In this document: in pieces, positions 50,416 to 64,000 of the stretch
Layout: each line of letters begins with the position of its first letter
How positions within the stretch are numbered: position 1 is the stretch's first letter
NCBI GenBank assembly: GCA_026770705.1
Contig: JANJGN010000026.1
Span: 32,550,001 to 32,614,000, forward strand
DNA from: Isurus oxyrinchus
Taxonomy: Eukaryota
Direction: 5' to 3'
Length of the DNA: 64,000 nt
The notes under the pieces: model-generated
Database searches by the model: none
What the model saw: only the letters and a program-made list of their open reading frames with translations
What the model was told of the DNA's origin: nothing
Translations under genes and position numbers: made by a program

Positions 50416-52800
50416 GAGGGAGATGTTGTTTGTATTTTTGGAGAGGGCGGGAAGGTCAAAGCAGCAACAGTGTCCCAGGAACCCGTCCTTTGCTGGATGA
50501 AGAAACTGTCTAGAATTTCTCTGTCTTTAATTCCTCCTCCTGAGTGTAAGAAAATAATGGATAAAAGAACAGAAAGGCAAATATAAAATTAATATAATAT
50601 AAAATATATAATATATAATATTTTAAAACAAATATAAGCTCTCACCGTGAGCACTGGTCAACTCTCTGGATTGAGGCTTCAACCCACAACCTTTTGACCC
50701 AGGGGTTAAGAGTGACGCTAATTCGACAATGTTGACATGATGTATCCGCAGTTCCCATTGCATTAGTACAACGGCAACACATGACAGATGCTACAAATCT
50801 AAAATAAAAACCGAATGTGCTGGGAATCCTCAACAGGTCAGACAGCAGGTGTCGATCCTGTTTGTTTTCCGGGTCGTCATATACTTTGCAGCCTTGTGGA
50901 AAGTATGGAGAGGCGAGAGGATTTTGTAAGCTAATTAAAAACCGGCGTTCTGTCACACCAACACTCTTCCCGTTGTCAACGGAGCCTGGAGTTGAATCTG
51001 AAGCTCAAAAGCAGGAGGACCACCAACTGTACCATTCGGGAGTGCAGTGGCTGTGGAGAGAAGCAGAGTTAAAGTTTCTAATCGATGACCCCGGTTCTGC
51101 TGAAGGGTTATTGCCATGAAACGTTCACTCTGTTTATCGCCACAGATTCTGCCTGACCTGCAGGGTAATTTCAGAATGTTATGTTTTATTTGCTATTACA
51201 CTAGACTGTGTCAGTGTTATTACACCAACTCCATCCCATTCATATTGCAGTGGTGCTTGACTCTGTTATTATACATTAGGCAGAAGATTTGCTATTGTAT
51301 CAATTGACGCTGTCTCACGCACTATTATATCAAGCCCCAACTTCGATTTGGGTGGATCAGATGCTGACTCTGCCGTTATCACACTGGATCCAGTGAATAT
51401 TCATTGACGCAGTGCAACCTGCCATCCCCTGTTATCAACAAAAATTGCATTTGTTACACACAACTTCCCTGATTTTAATCTGTTCCCTGTATCCTATCTC
51501 ATTGTATAAAACGCTGTCTCTGTAATAGTTGTACTAAGAACCGTCCTGCCACTGAAATTCATATGCAAACCTCTCTCATTATTTCTGAAAACCTTGTACC
51601 TATACTTTTCAATAGGAGCCTGTTTCTGATATTTTTAATGTTGATCTTGCTTCTGTTAGGGATGCAAGATGACCTCTTTCATTTGTTGTTTAATGCAAAA
51701 CAATTTTGCAACTATGCTTACACAAAAACTTGTACACTTGAATGTTGTACCAGGTCCCCTCTCTGTCTTATTCCTGAACTAGTCCATTTCTCTGTTTATG
51801 TTACTCCCAGAGAAAGTTTGTGTTATCACTGCTCTAGCGCACGTCTCTGTCTGTATTAGACCAGTACCTGTTATTACTGCACCAGCCGATTTCTCTGATA
51901 ATATTTGACCAGGTTCTGTCTCTGCAAATTACTAAACTACTCCATATCTCTGTTTCTATTACACCAGGTCCTGTTACCGTTATTATGCTCCAGACTATAT
52001 TTCCATTTATATTGCACCAAGCCTGTCTCGATTATTACTGCACTAGCCCATATCATTGGTTACATTACATCATCTGTCATTACCTAAACAGCCAATATCT
52101 CTTTTTATATTGCACGAGATCTCATCTTTGTTATTCTGCACTGGTCCATATCTTTGCTTATGTTACACCAGGTCCGCTCTCTGCTTATGCTGCACTTGAT
52201 CCTGGTTTATTTTCAGACCAATCAGGCAAAAATGATTCGAGCGGTTGCGGTGGAATTTGTGAAGATAATGATAAAAACAGTGGAAACAGAAATAATGGAA
52301 TTTCGCTGGAGAGCAGCAGGAGTTTCAATTCTTCTCATCAACAGGAATAATAAGCCGGAGAATTACAGGTGTATTTATCTCATGTCAGATATAGATAATG
52401 TTTTATTTTTGCCATCATTTGAAGAAGTAACCTCACATTCGATATATATCAGGAGATTCTGTGAGATGCTGAGTTGCCATTTGTTCATAAGCTGCTTGTT
52501 ATTCTTGATGGGATTTAATTCACTTTCCAACTGACCATCGGAGACAAATAAACCTACCTCAGAAACTAAGTAGTCAGTCTGATATCATTTTATAAACAAA
52601 TGCACACAACAGAATAGTTATCAATAAATTGTTACAGTATTAAACAATCTGCGACTTAAATAAATGTGTAGTTTTGCATTTGAACACAATCACTGAAGGA
52701 TGGAATGGACTGAAGATTGTCACTGAGAGAAATGAAGGGAAATTATTGAAAAAAATGGATTTTCTCCTAAAAGTGCTATTAGATAACAGCAGATTCGAAA

Positions 52801-52930
52801 NNNNNNNNNNNNNNNNNNNNNNNNNNNNNNNNNNNNNNNNNNNNNNNNNNNNNNNNNNNNNNNNNNNNNNNNNNNNNNNNNNNNNNNNNNNNNNNNNNNN
52901 NNNNNNNNNNNNNNNNNNNNNNNNNNNNNN
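52801..52930. other. Assembly gap
   Basis: N run. Confidence 1.
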
Positions 52931-54883
52931 CGCTGCCTCAGACAGAGAGAGAAGAGATATTCAATGAATTTGGTGATGGACGTGATCGTCTTAGTAATGA
53001 CATGGTCAGTATGACATCACTTCCTAAACAAAAGTGCACAAAGAAACATGTTATCAATAAACATTTGCGATACTAAATCATCCGTAGTTACATTCTGAGT
53101 GAAAGAAAATTAAACATTGAAACATTCTGGTGGAGATCATCGTTAATCTTTGAGAAATGACGGTATAAGCAAGAAGCATGTTCTTTGTGCATACAACACA
53201 CATAACAGGCGACACCTGATATACAATTTCGCTAACTGAAACTAAATGAAAAAAACTGTCAGGTGCTGCAAAGAATGGGCCATCAAATACCGCCCGTTTT
53301 AGACCAACTCCAGAGAAAAATTCCCACGTCAACACCTTTGTTTATAATATTACCCCTCCAAATCACAGAGACATAGAGCACTGCAGGAATAACAGTGACA
53401 TGGTCTAGTCTAGAAATAACTGACGCAGGTTTAGCGCAGTAATTACTGAATAAGTACCTGGCTTAATATCAATTGATATTAATCCACTCCCGGGGCTAGG
53501 ACAGTAATTATCGATCTGGCGCATAGATTAATAAACTCCTAGAGAGGACCTGGTGCAGTAATAACTGAGATTGCCTCTCGTGTAAGATAAATAAAAACAT
53601 GATCCATTGGAATAAAAACAGAGACAAGGTGTGTGTAATATAAGATGTATGAACTCGTGCAGCAACAACAAAGGCAGGCTTGACCTTTGTATGTAAAAAC
53701 ATTGGGTCCAGAGACTTTGCCATAGGTGATGCAACCAGAGCCACGGCCGAAATCGGAACAGCTGAGACGAGGCCGAGCACTGAAATAACTGCGGCAGGGA
53801 CTGGTGTAATATTATCATAGACATAATCTATTTCAATATAAACAAACTCAGGGTCTGGTGCAGTAGTACTGAGACAGGGCTGATTGTTCCAATTATTGAT
53901 ACAGCACCTACAGCAATATAAACCGCGACCGAGCCTAGTCTCAGTGATTGATGTGCCAGGATTTAGTGCATTAATAACAGACTTGGCCTTGTGTAATATA
54001 AACAGGGACATAGTCTGTACAGCCATAACAAATACAGGATCTATTCTAATTTAAACTGAGACAACGTCTAGTGTAATATAAACTGAGGCAGGTTCTAGTG
54101 TAATATAAACTGAGACGGGGTCTAGAGCAATATAAATTGAGACAGAGTCCAGTGTACTATAAACTGAGACGGGGTCCATTGTAATATAAACTGAGACAAG
54201 GTCCAGTTTAATATAAACAGAAATAAGGTCCAGCGTAATGTAAACGGAGACAGGCAGGGGAATACATACTCAGGTGTGGTCTAACAGAATATAAGCAAAG
54301 ACGTCATCTAATGTAATATAAACAGGGACATGATCTACTGGAATAAAAAGTGAGGCAGTGCCGAGTGCAGTAATAAATGAGGCAAGGCCTTGTGTAATAT
54401 GAACAGCAACATGGTCTAGTTTAGTACTAACCAAGACAGGATCTAGTGAAAGGAAACTGACACGGAGTATACTGTAATTTTACCTGTTACAGGACCTTGA
54501 CTAATGTAAACTGAGACAGAACCTAGTGTAGTAATTGCCAACTAAGTGCCTGGATTAATATAAAGAGATGTTGGCAAGTGCAGCAATAAGAGAGACATTG
54601 TATTAACAATAGTAACAGTGACAGGGCATCATGTAATATAAACAGGGACATAGACATAGCATTGACCGAGACATCCACTAGTTTAGTATAAACGTGGCAG
54701 GGTCTATTATTGCAATATCTGAGACAGATATTGTGTCATGCAAACTGGAACATGTTCTGGTTTAGTATAAGCAGAGACAAGTACTAGTGGAGTAACAGCT
54801 GAGACATGGGCGATTGTCATATCAGCCAAAATATGGCTCAATGCAATCATAACGAAGGGAATGTCGAGTGTAATATGGCCTTG

Positions 54884-55097
54884 ACAAAAACAGAATTACT
54901 TGGAAAAACTCAGCAGGTCTGGCAGCATCGGCGGAGAAGAAAAGAGTTGACGTTTCGAGTCCTCATGACCCTTCGACAGAACTAGTTCAACTCTTTTCTT
55001 CTCCACCGATGCTGCCAGACCTGCTGAGTTTTTCCAGGCAATTCTGTTTTTGTTTTGGATTTCCAGCATCTGCAGTTTTTTTGTTTTTATTATTATA
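54884..55097. mobile_element. Short Penelope-derived inverted insertion (duplicated at 61251-61464)
   Basis: Perfect 14-bp TSD gtaatatggccttg at 54870-54883 and 55098-55111. Confidence 0.82.
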
Positions 55098-55389
55098 GTA
55101 ATATGGCCTTGGTCCGTTGTATTAACAACTGAGATTGGGCCTATTACAGAAATAACTGAGACACGACCGATTGTAATATGATCAGAGATTTGAATTAGTG
55201 TAATACATATAGACACAGGGTCAAGTTTATTATGAACAGGGACATGGTCCGGTGTAGTAATGATTGAGACAGTGTGTCTGTTTCATAAAATGCCAGTAAT
55301 CGCTGTTCTACTGCCATCTACTGGATAGACCCCGCTATTGCAGATACTATGAAAATATCGGTTTCAGTGACTGCATCTAATATCAATGA

Positions 55390-56670
55390 TAGAATCATAG
55401 AATTCTTACAGCGCAGAAGGGTGTCATTCGGCCAGTTGTGTCCGTGCTGAATCCCTGAAGAATCAGTTAACCTATTGTCACTCTTTCTCTGTAGCCCAGC
55501 ATTTTATTTCATTTTCAGGTAATGATCCGATTTCTTTTCGAAACCATCAATTGTTCCTCAATCCACCGGACACTTAGGCAGTGCATTCCTTACAGCTCAC
55601 TGCGTGAAAAAAAGTTTTTCCTCTAGTCTCCATTGTTCCTTCTTCAGATTACTTTAAACTTGTGCCCTCTGGCTCTCGAACTTTCAACGAATGAGAACTA
55701 TTTCTCCCTATCTCCCCTATCCAGGTGCTTCATGATATTTAATACCTCAGTCAAATCTCCTCTAAACTTTAGCTTCTCCGAGGAGCTTAAAGCCAACTTC
55801 TTCACTCTTTATACATAACTGGAGTTCCTCTACTGGAACATTTTCCATGAATCTTTCCTGTGCCCTCTCTTATGCCTTCAAATTCTTCCAAAAGTGTGGT
55901 GCCCGGAATTGGATGCAATTCTCCAATTGAGGCCTAAGCAGCGTGTCACACAAGTTTAACCTGCTTGCTTTAATACTCTTTTATCTTACTGATAAAGTCC
56001 AGGATGCTGCATGCTATATTAAGCAGGCTCTCAACTTGTCCTGCCACCTTTTAATAACTTATACAGATCAACATCTGCTCCTGCAGCCCCTTTGGAATCA
56101 TACTCTTGAATTTATATTGTCTCTCGGTGTTCTTCCGACTAAAATGAATAACTTCTCACCTTCTCTGTGTGAAATTTCAGCTGTCACTTGCCCGCCCATT
56201 CCACCAACCTGTCTATGTCGTTTTCAATTTCTACACTATCCTCCTCATGGCTCACAATGTTTCCACATTTGGCAATGTTTCCACATTTCGCATCGTCCAC
56301 ATATTTTGAAACTGTACCCTGTACACTAAATCTAGTTCATTAATAAATATTATGAAAAACAGGCGTACCAGAACTGATCTCTGGGGAACTTCATTATAAT
56401 TCTTCCCCTAGACCGATAAACAACCATTCAAAACTATTCTTTGTTTACTGGCACCCAGCCAGTCCCCTATCCATGATGTTACCGTCCATTTTATTCAAGT
56501 GATACCCAACTTTTTTCACAAGTCCGTTGTGGGGCGCTTCATCAAATGTCTTTTGGAAGTCCATGTAAACCACGTCAGCAGCATTATCCTCATCAGCCAT
56601 CGCTGCTGTGTCATCGAAAAACTCAAGCAAGTTAGTTAAACATGATTTACCCTTTACCGCTCCATACTGG
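55390..56670 (-). mobile_element. CR1 LINE fragment (duplicated at ~61757-63040)
   Basis: LLEFFDD...ADVVYMDFQKTFDEAPHNGL RT motif on minus; atagaatcatagaat tail. Confidence 0.85.
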
Positions 56671-57529
56671 CTTCGTGTATCCAGAACCCATGTCTATGAT
56701 GTGGAAAGTCCCGATATTTAAGGTGCAACTATTGCAGATTAACGTGACTGATCTATGCACTTTAAGATGAGCAAAAGAGCAAAATGTCTAAATTCATATT
56801 TATTAATTCTTGATGATCTTGTCCAACTCAACATATGCGACGTGGGAAGTAATTATTGGATCATGGTACAACCTGAAATATGATGGCAGTGATTTCCCCG
56901 ATACATCAGGTGTTGCAGAACCTCCGAGGTAGCCAGGTTGGGATGTTAAGTTGAAGTGTGTGTGTGTGCGTGTGTGTGTAAATGTGTGTACACGCATCAT
57001 TTGTTTAAAAATGAAGTGCACAAAAACAAATAATTATATTCACGTATTATGTTCCAGATATTATTTTATTCAAAATGTAATTGTTGTTCATTTAGTATCG
57101 TTAACATTGACTGAGAAGACATTGAGCGTTCCCTCACCAGAGAACCCCTCTGTTCCTAGTATTCTGTGGGAAATAGGACCAAATTATTCCAAAGAGAACG
57201 AGCAGCTACCCACCAGTCTCTGCGTTTTATTGTTAAGTGTTTGGCTCAGCATTAAACAGAAGCTCTTGATATAAACATCGAGAGGGTGATAATTTGTGCA
57301 AGTGATTGCAAAAATGAAAATGATCTATACTTGACCTGAACTTACCCGGTCTTAAAATCCCTCTTTATTATTTCCCTTGCTTGGGAAAGAATGAAACACT
57401 TGCTGCTCTCCAAGAAGTTTCACACTATTTCTGTTGCCATTTTACTCCTTCTTAGCCTGTTGCGTGCATTATTCCACACCAACGTCTTCCAATATCCTTG
57501 GGCATGATCTAATATAGCAATGTAGAAAG

Positions 57530-59250
57530 CGGTGGCGTGGTGGACTAATATTTCAGAGACCCCGGGTATGAGCCGAGTTTGAATCCCACAAGAGCAGATG
57601 TTGAAATTTGAGTTCAATAAGTCTAATGATAACCATGGCTGAATGCTGTAAAAAAATCTGGTTCACTAATGTCCTTTAGGGAAGGAAATCTGTTGCCGTC
57701 ACCTGGTCTGGCCTACATGTGACTTAAGACCCACAGCTATGTGGGTTAACTCTCAAATGGCCCAGTAAGCCACTCTACTCTGTTGCATCAAAGGAATGAA
57801 ACTGGATGGAGCACACGGCAAATTTAGGCCTGCCAGCACTGCACTGCCCTTCGTACTAACATGAGAGCTGTCTCATTGATCAGTCAAGCATAATCATACT
57901 ATCTTACAGACAATGTCCCAGGCACCACCATCGCTGGTTATGTCCCGGCAGCAGCCGGGAAGGAGTTGCCCAAGGAGCCCTCAACATGGACTCCAGATCT
58001 CATGGCATCAGGTCAAATAGGAGCAAGGAAACCTCCTGGTGATTACCAAGTACCCCCCTCCCCAACACCTGATGAATCTGTAGTCTTTCATTTTGAACAC
58101 CACTTGGAGGAAACAGTGAGGGTGGTAAGGGCACAGAATGTTATCTGAATGGGGGACTCCAATGTCCATCACCTAAGAGTTGGTTGAGTCATAAAGGCCA
58201 TGGCTGCTGGACTGGGTCTGGGGCATGTGGTGAGTGAACAAACAAGAGGGAAAAAGATATTTGACCTCATCCCCTCCAATCTGTTTGCCATCTCCAGATT
58301 GAGGGTACCCTCCATCGTGTTGTGTGACACCACAATCGTGCAAAATGGCATAGGTTTCGCAAAGATCTTGCAGTTCAATTTTAGACAACAACTAGGCACG
58401 GTGGGCCATCAGAAGCAGCAGCACTGTGTTCAACCACAACCTGTAACCTCATGGACTGGCATACACCCCACTCTACCATTACCATCAAGCCAGTGGATCA
58501 ACCATGGTTCAATGAAGAGCGCAGTAAGGCATGCCAGGAGCAGCACCAGGCATACCTAAAAATGAGGTGTCAGCCTGGTGAAGCTATAACATATGACTGC
58601 TTGCGTGCCAAACAGCATAAGCAGTAAGTGATGGACAGAGCTAAACAATTCCACAACCAACGGATCAGATCTAAGCTCTGTCGTGCTGCCACATCCAGCC
58701 ATGAATGGTGGTGGACAATTAAACAACTTGCTAGAGGAAGCGGCGTCTCCAATATCCCCATCCCCTATGAAGAAAGAGTCTAGCAGGTCAGTGCAAAAGA
58801 TAAGACTGAAACATTTATTGCAATCTTCGGCTTCCTCCAGAGGTTCCCACAATCACAGATGCCAGTCTTCAGCCAATTCGATTCTCTCCTGGTGATATCA
58901 AGAAATGGTTGAAGGCACTGGATATGGCAAAGGCTATTGGTGCTGACAATATTCCGGCAAAAGTACTGAATATTTGTGCTCCAGAACTTGCCGCACTCAG
59001 ACCGAATATTTTCCAGTATAGCCACAACACAGGCATATACCCAGCAACGTGAAAAATGTCCCAGGTATACCTTGCACACAAAAAGCAGGACAAACCCAAC
59101 CGCCCGAACAGACTATTCTCGATCATCAGTAAAGATATGGAACGGGTCATCAACAGTGCGACCAAGCAGCACTTGCTTAGCAATGAGTTGCTCACTGACG
59201 CCTAGTTTGGGTTCCGCCAGGGCCACTGAGCTCCTGGCCTCATTAGGTCA
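57530..59250 (+). mobile_element. Decayed non-LTR retrotransposon (tRNA-like head, AP-endonuclease and RT remnants)
   Basis: GDSNVHH (GDFN-like), FDLI, KAIGADNIPAKVLNICAPELA motifs. Confidence 0.7.
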
Positions 59251-59793
59251 ACGATGGAATGAGACAGATAGACCCGCCGATGAAGAAAGTACCTGAGCTA
59301 CCGAGAAAGACAGGGAGAAAGAGAAAGTCAGGGAAAATAATTGGCCCAGAAGCAATTGGTGCCCAATTGTCATCAGTCTTGAGAGACCAGCCAATCATGT
59401 CGCTGGGAAACGCCTTTCAGTTTCTCAATAAGTGAAGCTTGCCCCGATCCGAATTTCCTCTTTATCTCAGAACAGAGTGTCAACATATTTCTAATCTTAT
59501 CTTACTTCATCCGAATTCTAATCCTGACACCATATGCTCCCAGTGCCCCTTAATGATAATAATGATCTTACTGCATGGTGAGTCAATTTTTAAATGGTCC
59601 ATGTCTGTTCCATTTGTTATATTCAATTCCAGATATTTGATACGTTCTATGTTTTGTTCCAGGAACAAATGGTCAAGATTCAGTGTCCCAGAATCCCCCT
59701 GAATTAGCGGCTCTTGAAGGACAAGGCATAAAACTGGAATGTATTTATTCGGCAGCTGGTGTAACTCTGTTCTGGTACATCCAGTACCCCGGG

Positions 59794-62700
59794 AGGTTTA
59801 GCGCAGTAATTACTGAATAAGTACCTGGCTTAATATCAATTGATATTAATCCACTCCCGGGGCTAGGACAGTAATTATCGATCTGGCGCATAGATTAATA
59901 AACTCCTAGAGAGGACCTGGTGCAGTAATAACTGAGATTGCCTCTCGTGTAAGATAAATAAAAACATGATCCATTGGAATAAAAACAGAGACAAGGTGTG
60001 TGTAATATAAGATGTATGAACTCGTGCAGCAACAACAAAGGCAGGCTTGACCTTTGTATGTAAAAACATTGGGTCCAGAGACTTTGCCATAGGTGATGCA
60101 ACCAGAGCCACGGCCGAAATCGGAACAGCTGAGACGAGGCCGAGCACTGAAATAACTGCGGCAGGGACTGGTGTAATATTATCATAGACATAATCTATTT
60201 CAATATAAACAAACTCAGGGTCTGGTGCAGTAGTACTGAGACAGGGCTGATTGTTCCAATTATTGATACAGCACCTACAGCAATATAAACCGCGACCGAG
60301 CCTAGTCTCAGTGATTGATGTGCCAGGATTTAGTGCATTAATAACAGACTTGGCCTTGTGTAATATAAACAGGGACATAGTCTGTACAGCCATAACAAAT
60401 ACAGGATCTATTCTAATTTAAACTGAGACAACGTCTAGTGTAATATAAACTGAGGCAGGTTCTAGTGTAATATAAACTGAGACGGGGTCTAGAGCAATAT
60501 AAATTGAGACAGAGTCCAGTGTACTATAAACTGAGACGGGGTCCATTGTAATATAAACTGAGACAAGGTCCAGTTTAATATAAACAGAAATAAGGTCCAG
60601 CGTAATGTAAACGGAGACAGGCAGGGGAATACATACTCAGGTGTGGTCTAACAGAATATAAGCAAAGACGTCATCTAATGTAATATAAACAGGGACATGA
60701 TCTACTGGAATAAAAAGTGAGGCAGTGCCGAGTGCAGTAATAAATGAGGCAAGGCCTTGTGTAATATGAACAGCAACATGGTCTAGTTTAGTACTAACCA
60801 AGACAGGATCTAGTGAAAGGAAACTGACACGGAGTATACTGTAATTTTACCTGTTACAGGACCTTGACTAATGTAAACTGAGACAGAACCTAGTGTAGTA
60901 ATTGCCAACTAAGTGCCTGGATTAATATAAAGAGATGTTGGCAAGTGCAGCAATAAGAGAGACATTGTATTAACAATAGTAACAGTGACAGGGCATCATG
61001 TAATATAAACAGGGACATAGACATAGCATTGACCGAGACATCCACTAGTTTAGTATAAACGTGGCAGGGTCTATTATTGCAATATCTGAGACAGATATTG
61101 TGTCATGCAAACTGGAACATGTTCTGGTTTAGTATAAGCAGAGACAAGTACTAGTGGAGTAACAGCTGAGACATGGGCGATTGTCATATCAGCCAAAATA
61201 TGGCTCAATGCAATCATAACGAAGGGAATGTCGAGTGTAATATGGCCTTGACAAAAACAGAATTACTTGGAAAAACTCAGCAGGTCTGGCAGCATCGGCG
61301 GAGAAGAAAAGAGTTGACGTTTCGAGTCCTCATGACCCTTCGACAGAACTAGTTCAACTCTTTTCTTCTCCACCGATGCTGCCAGACCTGCTGAGTTTTT
61401 CCAGGCAATTCTGTTTTTGTTTTGGATTTCCAGCATCTGCAGTTTTTTTGTTTTTATTATTATAGTAATATGGCCTTGGTCCGTTGTATTAACAACTGAG
61501 ATTGGGCCTATTACAGAAATAACTGAGACACGACCGATTGTAATATGATCAGAGATTTGAATTAGTGTAATACATATAGACACAGGGTCAAGTTTATTAT
61601 GAACAGGGACATGGTCCGGTGTAGTAATGATTGAGACAGTGTGTCTGTTTCATAAAATGCCAGTAATCGCTGTTCTACTGCCATCTACTGGATAGACCCC
61701 GCTATTGCAGATACTATGAAAATATCGGTTTCAGTGACTGCATCTAATATCAATGATAGAATCATAGAATTCTTACAGCGCAGAAGGGTGTCATTCGGCC
61801 AGTTGTGTCCGTGCTGAATCCCTGAAGAATCAGTTAACCTATTGTCACTCTTTCTCTGTAGCCCAGCATTTTATTTCATTTTCAGGTAATGATCCGATTT
61901 CTTTTCGAAACCATCAATTGTTCCTCAATCCACCGGACACTTAGGCAGTGCATTCCTTACAGCTCACTGCGTGAAAAAAAGTTTTTCCTCTAGTCTCCAT
62001 TGTTCCTTCTTCAGATTACTTTAAACTTGTGCCCTCTGGCTCTCGAACTTTCAACGAATGAGAACTATTTCTCCCTATCTCCCCTATCCAGGTGCTTCAT
62101 GATATTTAATACCTCAGTCAAATCTCCTCTAAACTTTAGCTTCTCCGAGGAGCTTAAAGCCAACTTCTTCACTCTTTATACATAACTGGAGTTCCTCTAC
62201 TGGAACATTTTCCATGAATCTTTCCTGTGCCCTCTCTTATGCCTTCAAATTCTTCCAAAAGTGTGGTGCCCGGAATTGGATGCAATTCTCCAATTGAGGC
62301 CTAAGCAGCGTGTCACACAAGTTTAACCTGCTTGCTTTAATACTCTTTTATCTTACTGATAAAGTCCAGGATGCTGCATGCTATATTAAGCAGGCTCTCA
62401 ACTTGTCCTGCCACCTTTTAATAACTTATACAGATCAACATCTGCTCCTGCAGCCCCTTTGGAATCATACTCTTGAATTTATATTGTCTCTCGGTGTTCT
62501 TCCGACTAAAATGAATAACTTCTCACCTTCTCTGTGTGAAATTTCAGCTGTCACTTGCCCGCCCATTCCACCAACCTGTCTATGTCGTTTTCAATTTCTA
62601 CACTATCCTCCTCATGGCTCACAATGTTTCCACATTTGGCAATGTTTCCACATTTCGCATCGTCCACATATTTTGAAACTGTACCCTGTACACTAAATCT

Positions 62701-64000
62701 AGTTCATTAATAAATATTATGAAAAACAGGCGTACCAGAACTGATCTCTGGGGAACTTCATTATAATTCTTCCCCTAGACCGATAAACAACCATTCAAAA
62801 CTATTCTTTGTTTACTGGCACCCAGCCAGTCCCCTATCCATGATGTTACCGTCCATTTTATTCAAGTGATACCCAACTTTTTTCACAAGTCCGTTGTGGG
62901 GCGCTTCATCAAATGTCTTTTGGAAGTCCATGTAAACCACGTCAGCAGCATTATCCTCATCAGCCATCGCTGCTGTGTCATCGAAAAACTCAAGCAAGTT
63001 AGTTAAACATGATTTACCCTTTACCGCTCCATACTGGCTTCGTGTATCCAGAACCCATGTCTATGATGTGGAAAGTCCCGATATTTAAGGTGCAACTATT
63101 GCAGATTAACGTGACTGATCTATGCACTTTAAGATGAGCAAAAGAGCAAAGTGTCTAAATTCATATTTATTAATTCTTGATGATCTTGTCCAACTCAACA
63201 TATGCGACGTGGGAAGTAATTATTGGATCATGGTACAACCTGAAATATGATGGCAGTGATTTCCCCGATACATCAGGTGTTGCAGAACCTCCGAGGTAGC
63301 CAGGTTGGGATGTTAAGTTGAAGTGTGTGTGTGTGCGTGTGTGTGTAAATGTGTGTACACGCATCATTTGTTTAAAAATGAAGTGCACAAAAACAAATAA
63401 TTATATTCACGTATTATGTTCCAGATATTATTTTATTCAAAATGTAATTGTTGTTCATTTAGTATCGTTAACATTGACTGAGAAGACATTGAGCGTTCCC
63501 TCACCAGAGAACCCCTCTGTTCCTAGTATTCTGTGGGAAATAGGACCAAATTATTCCAAAGAGAACGAGCAGCTACCCACCAGTCTCTGCGTTTTATTGT
63601 TAAGTGTTTGGCTCAGCATTAAACAGAAGCTCTTGATATAAACATCGAGAGGGTGATAATTTGTGCAAGTGATTGCAAAAATGAAAATGATCTATACTTG
63701 ACCTGAACTTACCCGGTCTTAAAATCCCTCTTTATTATTTCCCTTGCTTGGGAAAGAATGAAACACTTGCTGCTCTCCAAGAAGTTTCACACTATTTCTG
63801 TTGCCATTTTACTCCTTCTTAGCCTGTTGCGTGCATTATTCCACACCAACGTCTTCCAATATCCTTGGGCATGATCTAATATAGCAATGTAGAAAGCGGT
63901 GGCGTGGTGGACTAATATTTCAGAGACCCCGGGTATGAGCCGAGTTTGAATCCCACAAGAGCAGATGTTGAAATTTGAGTTCAATAAGTCTAATGATAAC
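59794..64000 (+). repeat. Segmental duplication copy 2 (runs off window)
   Basis: Near-identical to 53427-57633. Confidence 0.97.

Larger units (their letters stand above)
53427..57633 (+). repeat. Segmental duplication copy 1
   Basis: Matches 59794-64000 at a constant offset of 6367; identical ORF track. Confidence 0.97.

Noticed and set aside
53012-53025. ETS-CRE-like AGGAAGTGATGTCA on the minus strand beside the gap
   Set aside because: Isolated motif with no associated exon visible
53508-54026. 172-aa ORF present twice
   Set aside because: Decayed 27-bp satellite; second copy is due to the segmental duplication

Overview
Cartilaginous-fish (shark-type) genomic DNA containing one complete, apparently functional, unrearranged IgM heavy-chain cluster on the minus strand: leader (25265-25310), VH, D1, D2, JH with 23 / 12-22 / 12-12 / 23 RSSs, an ~11.9 kb J-C intron, CH1-CH4 plus secretory tail, TM1 and TM2 (stop at 5388). 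All splice junctions are GT-AG and in phase. The rest of the window is repeat-rich: CR1, RTE and Penelope-like retroelements, SINEs, 27/54-, 40-, 51-, 66- and ~67-bp tandem repeats, two N-gaps and a near-identical 6367-bp-offset duplication at the right end. Most unexpected observations: a stearoyl-CoA-desaturase-like coding fragment and a sense-strand G-rich, RGYW-containing repeat inside the J-C intron, a 280-bp inverted duplication near CH1, minimal hammerhead-ribozyme motifs with a variant core in TSD-flanked Penelope mini-insertions, and possible decayed CD2/SLAM-like Ig exons upstream of the cluster. I found no system I can call new with confidence; family assignments come from motif recognition, not database searches.
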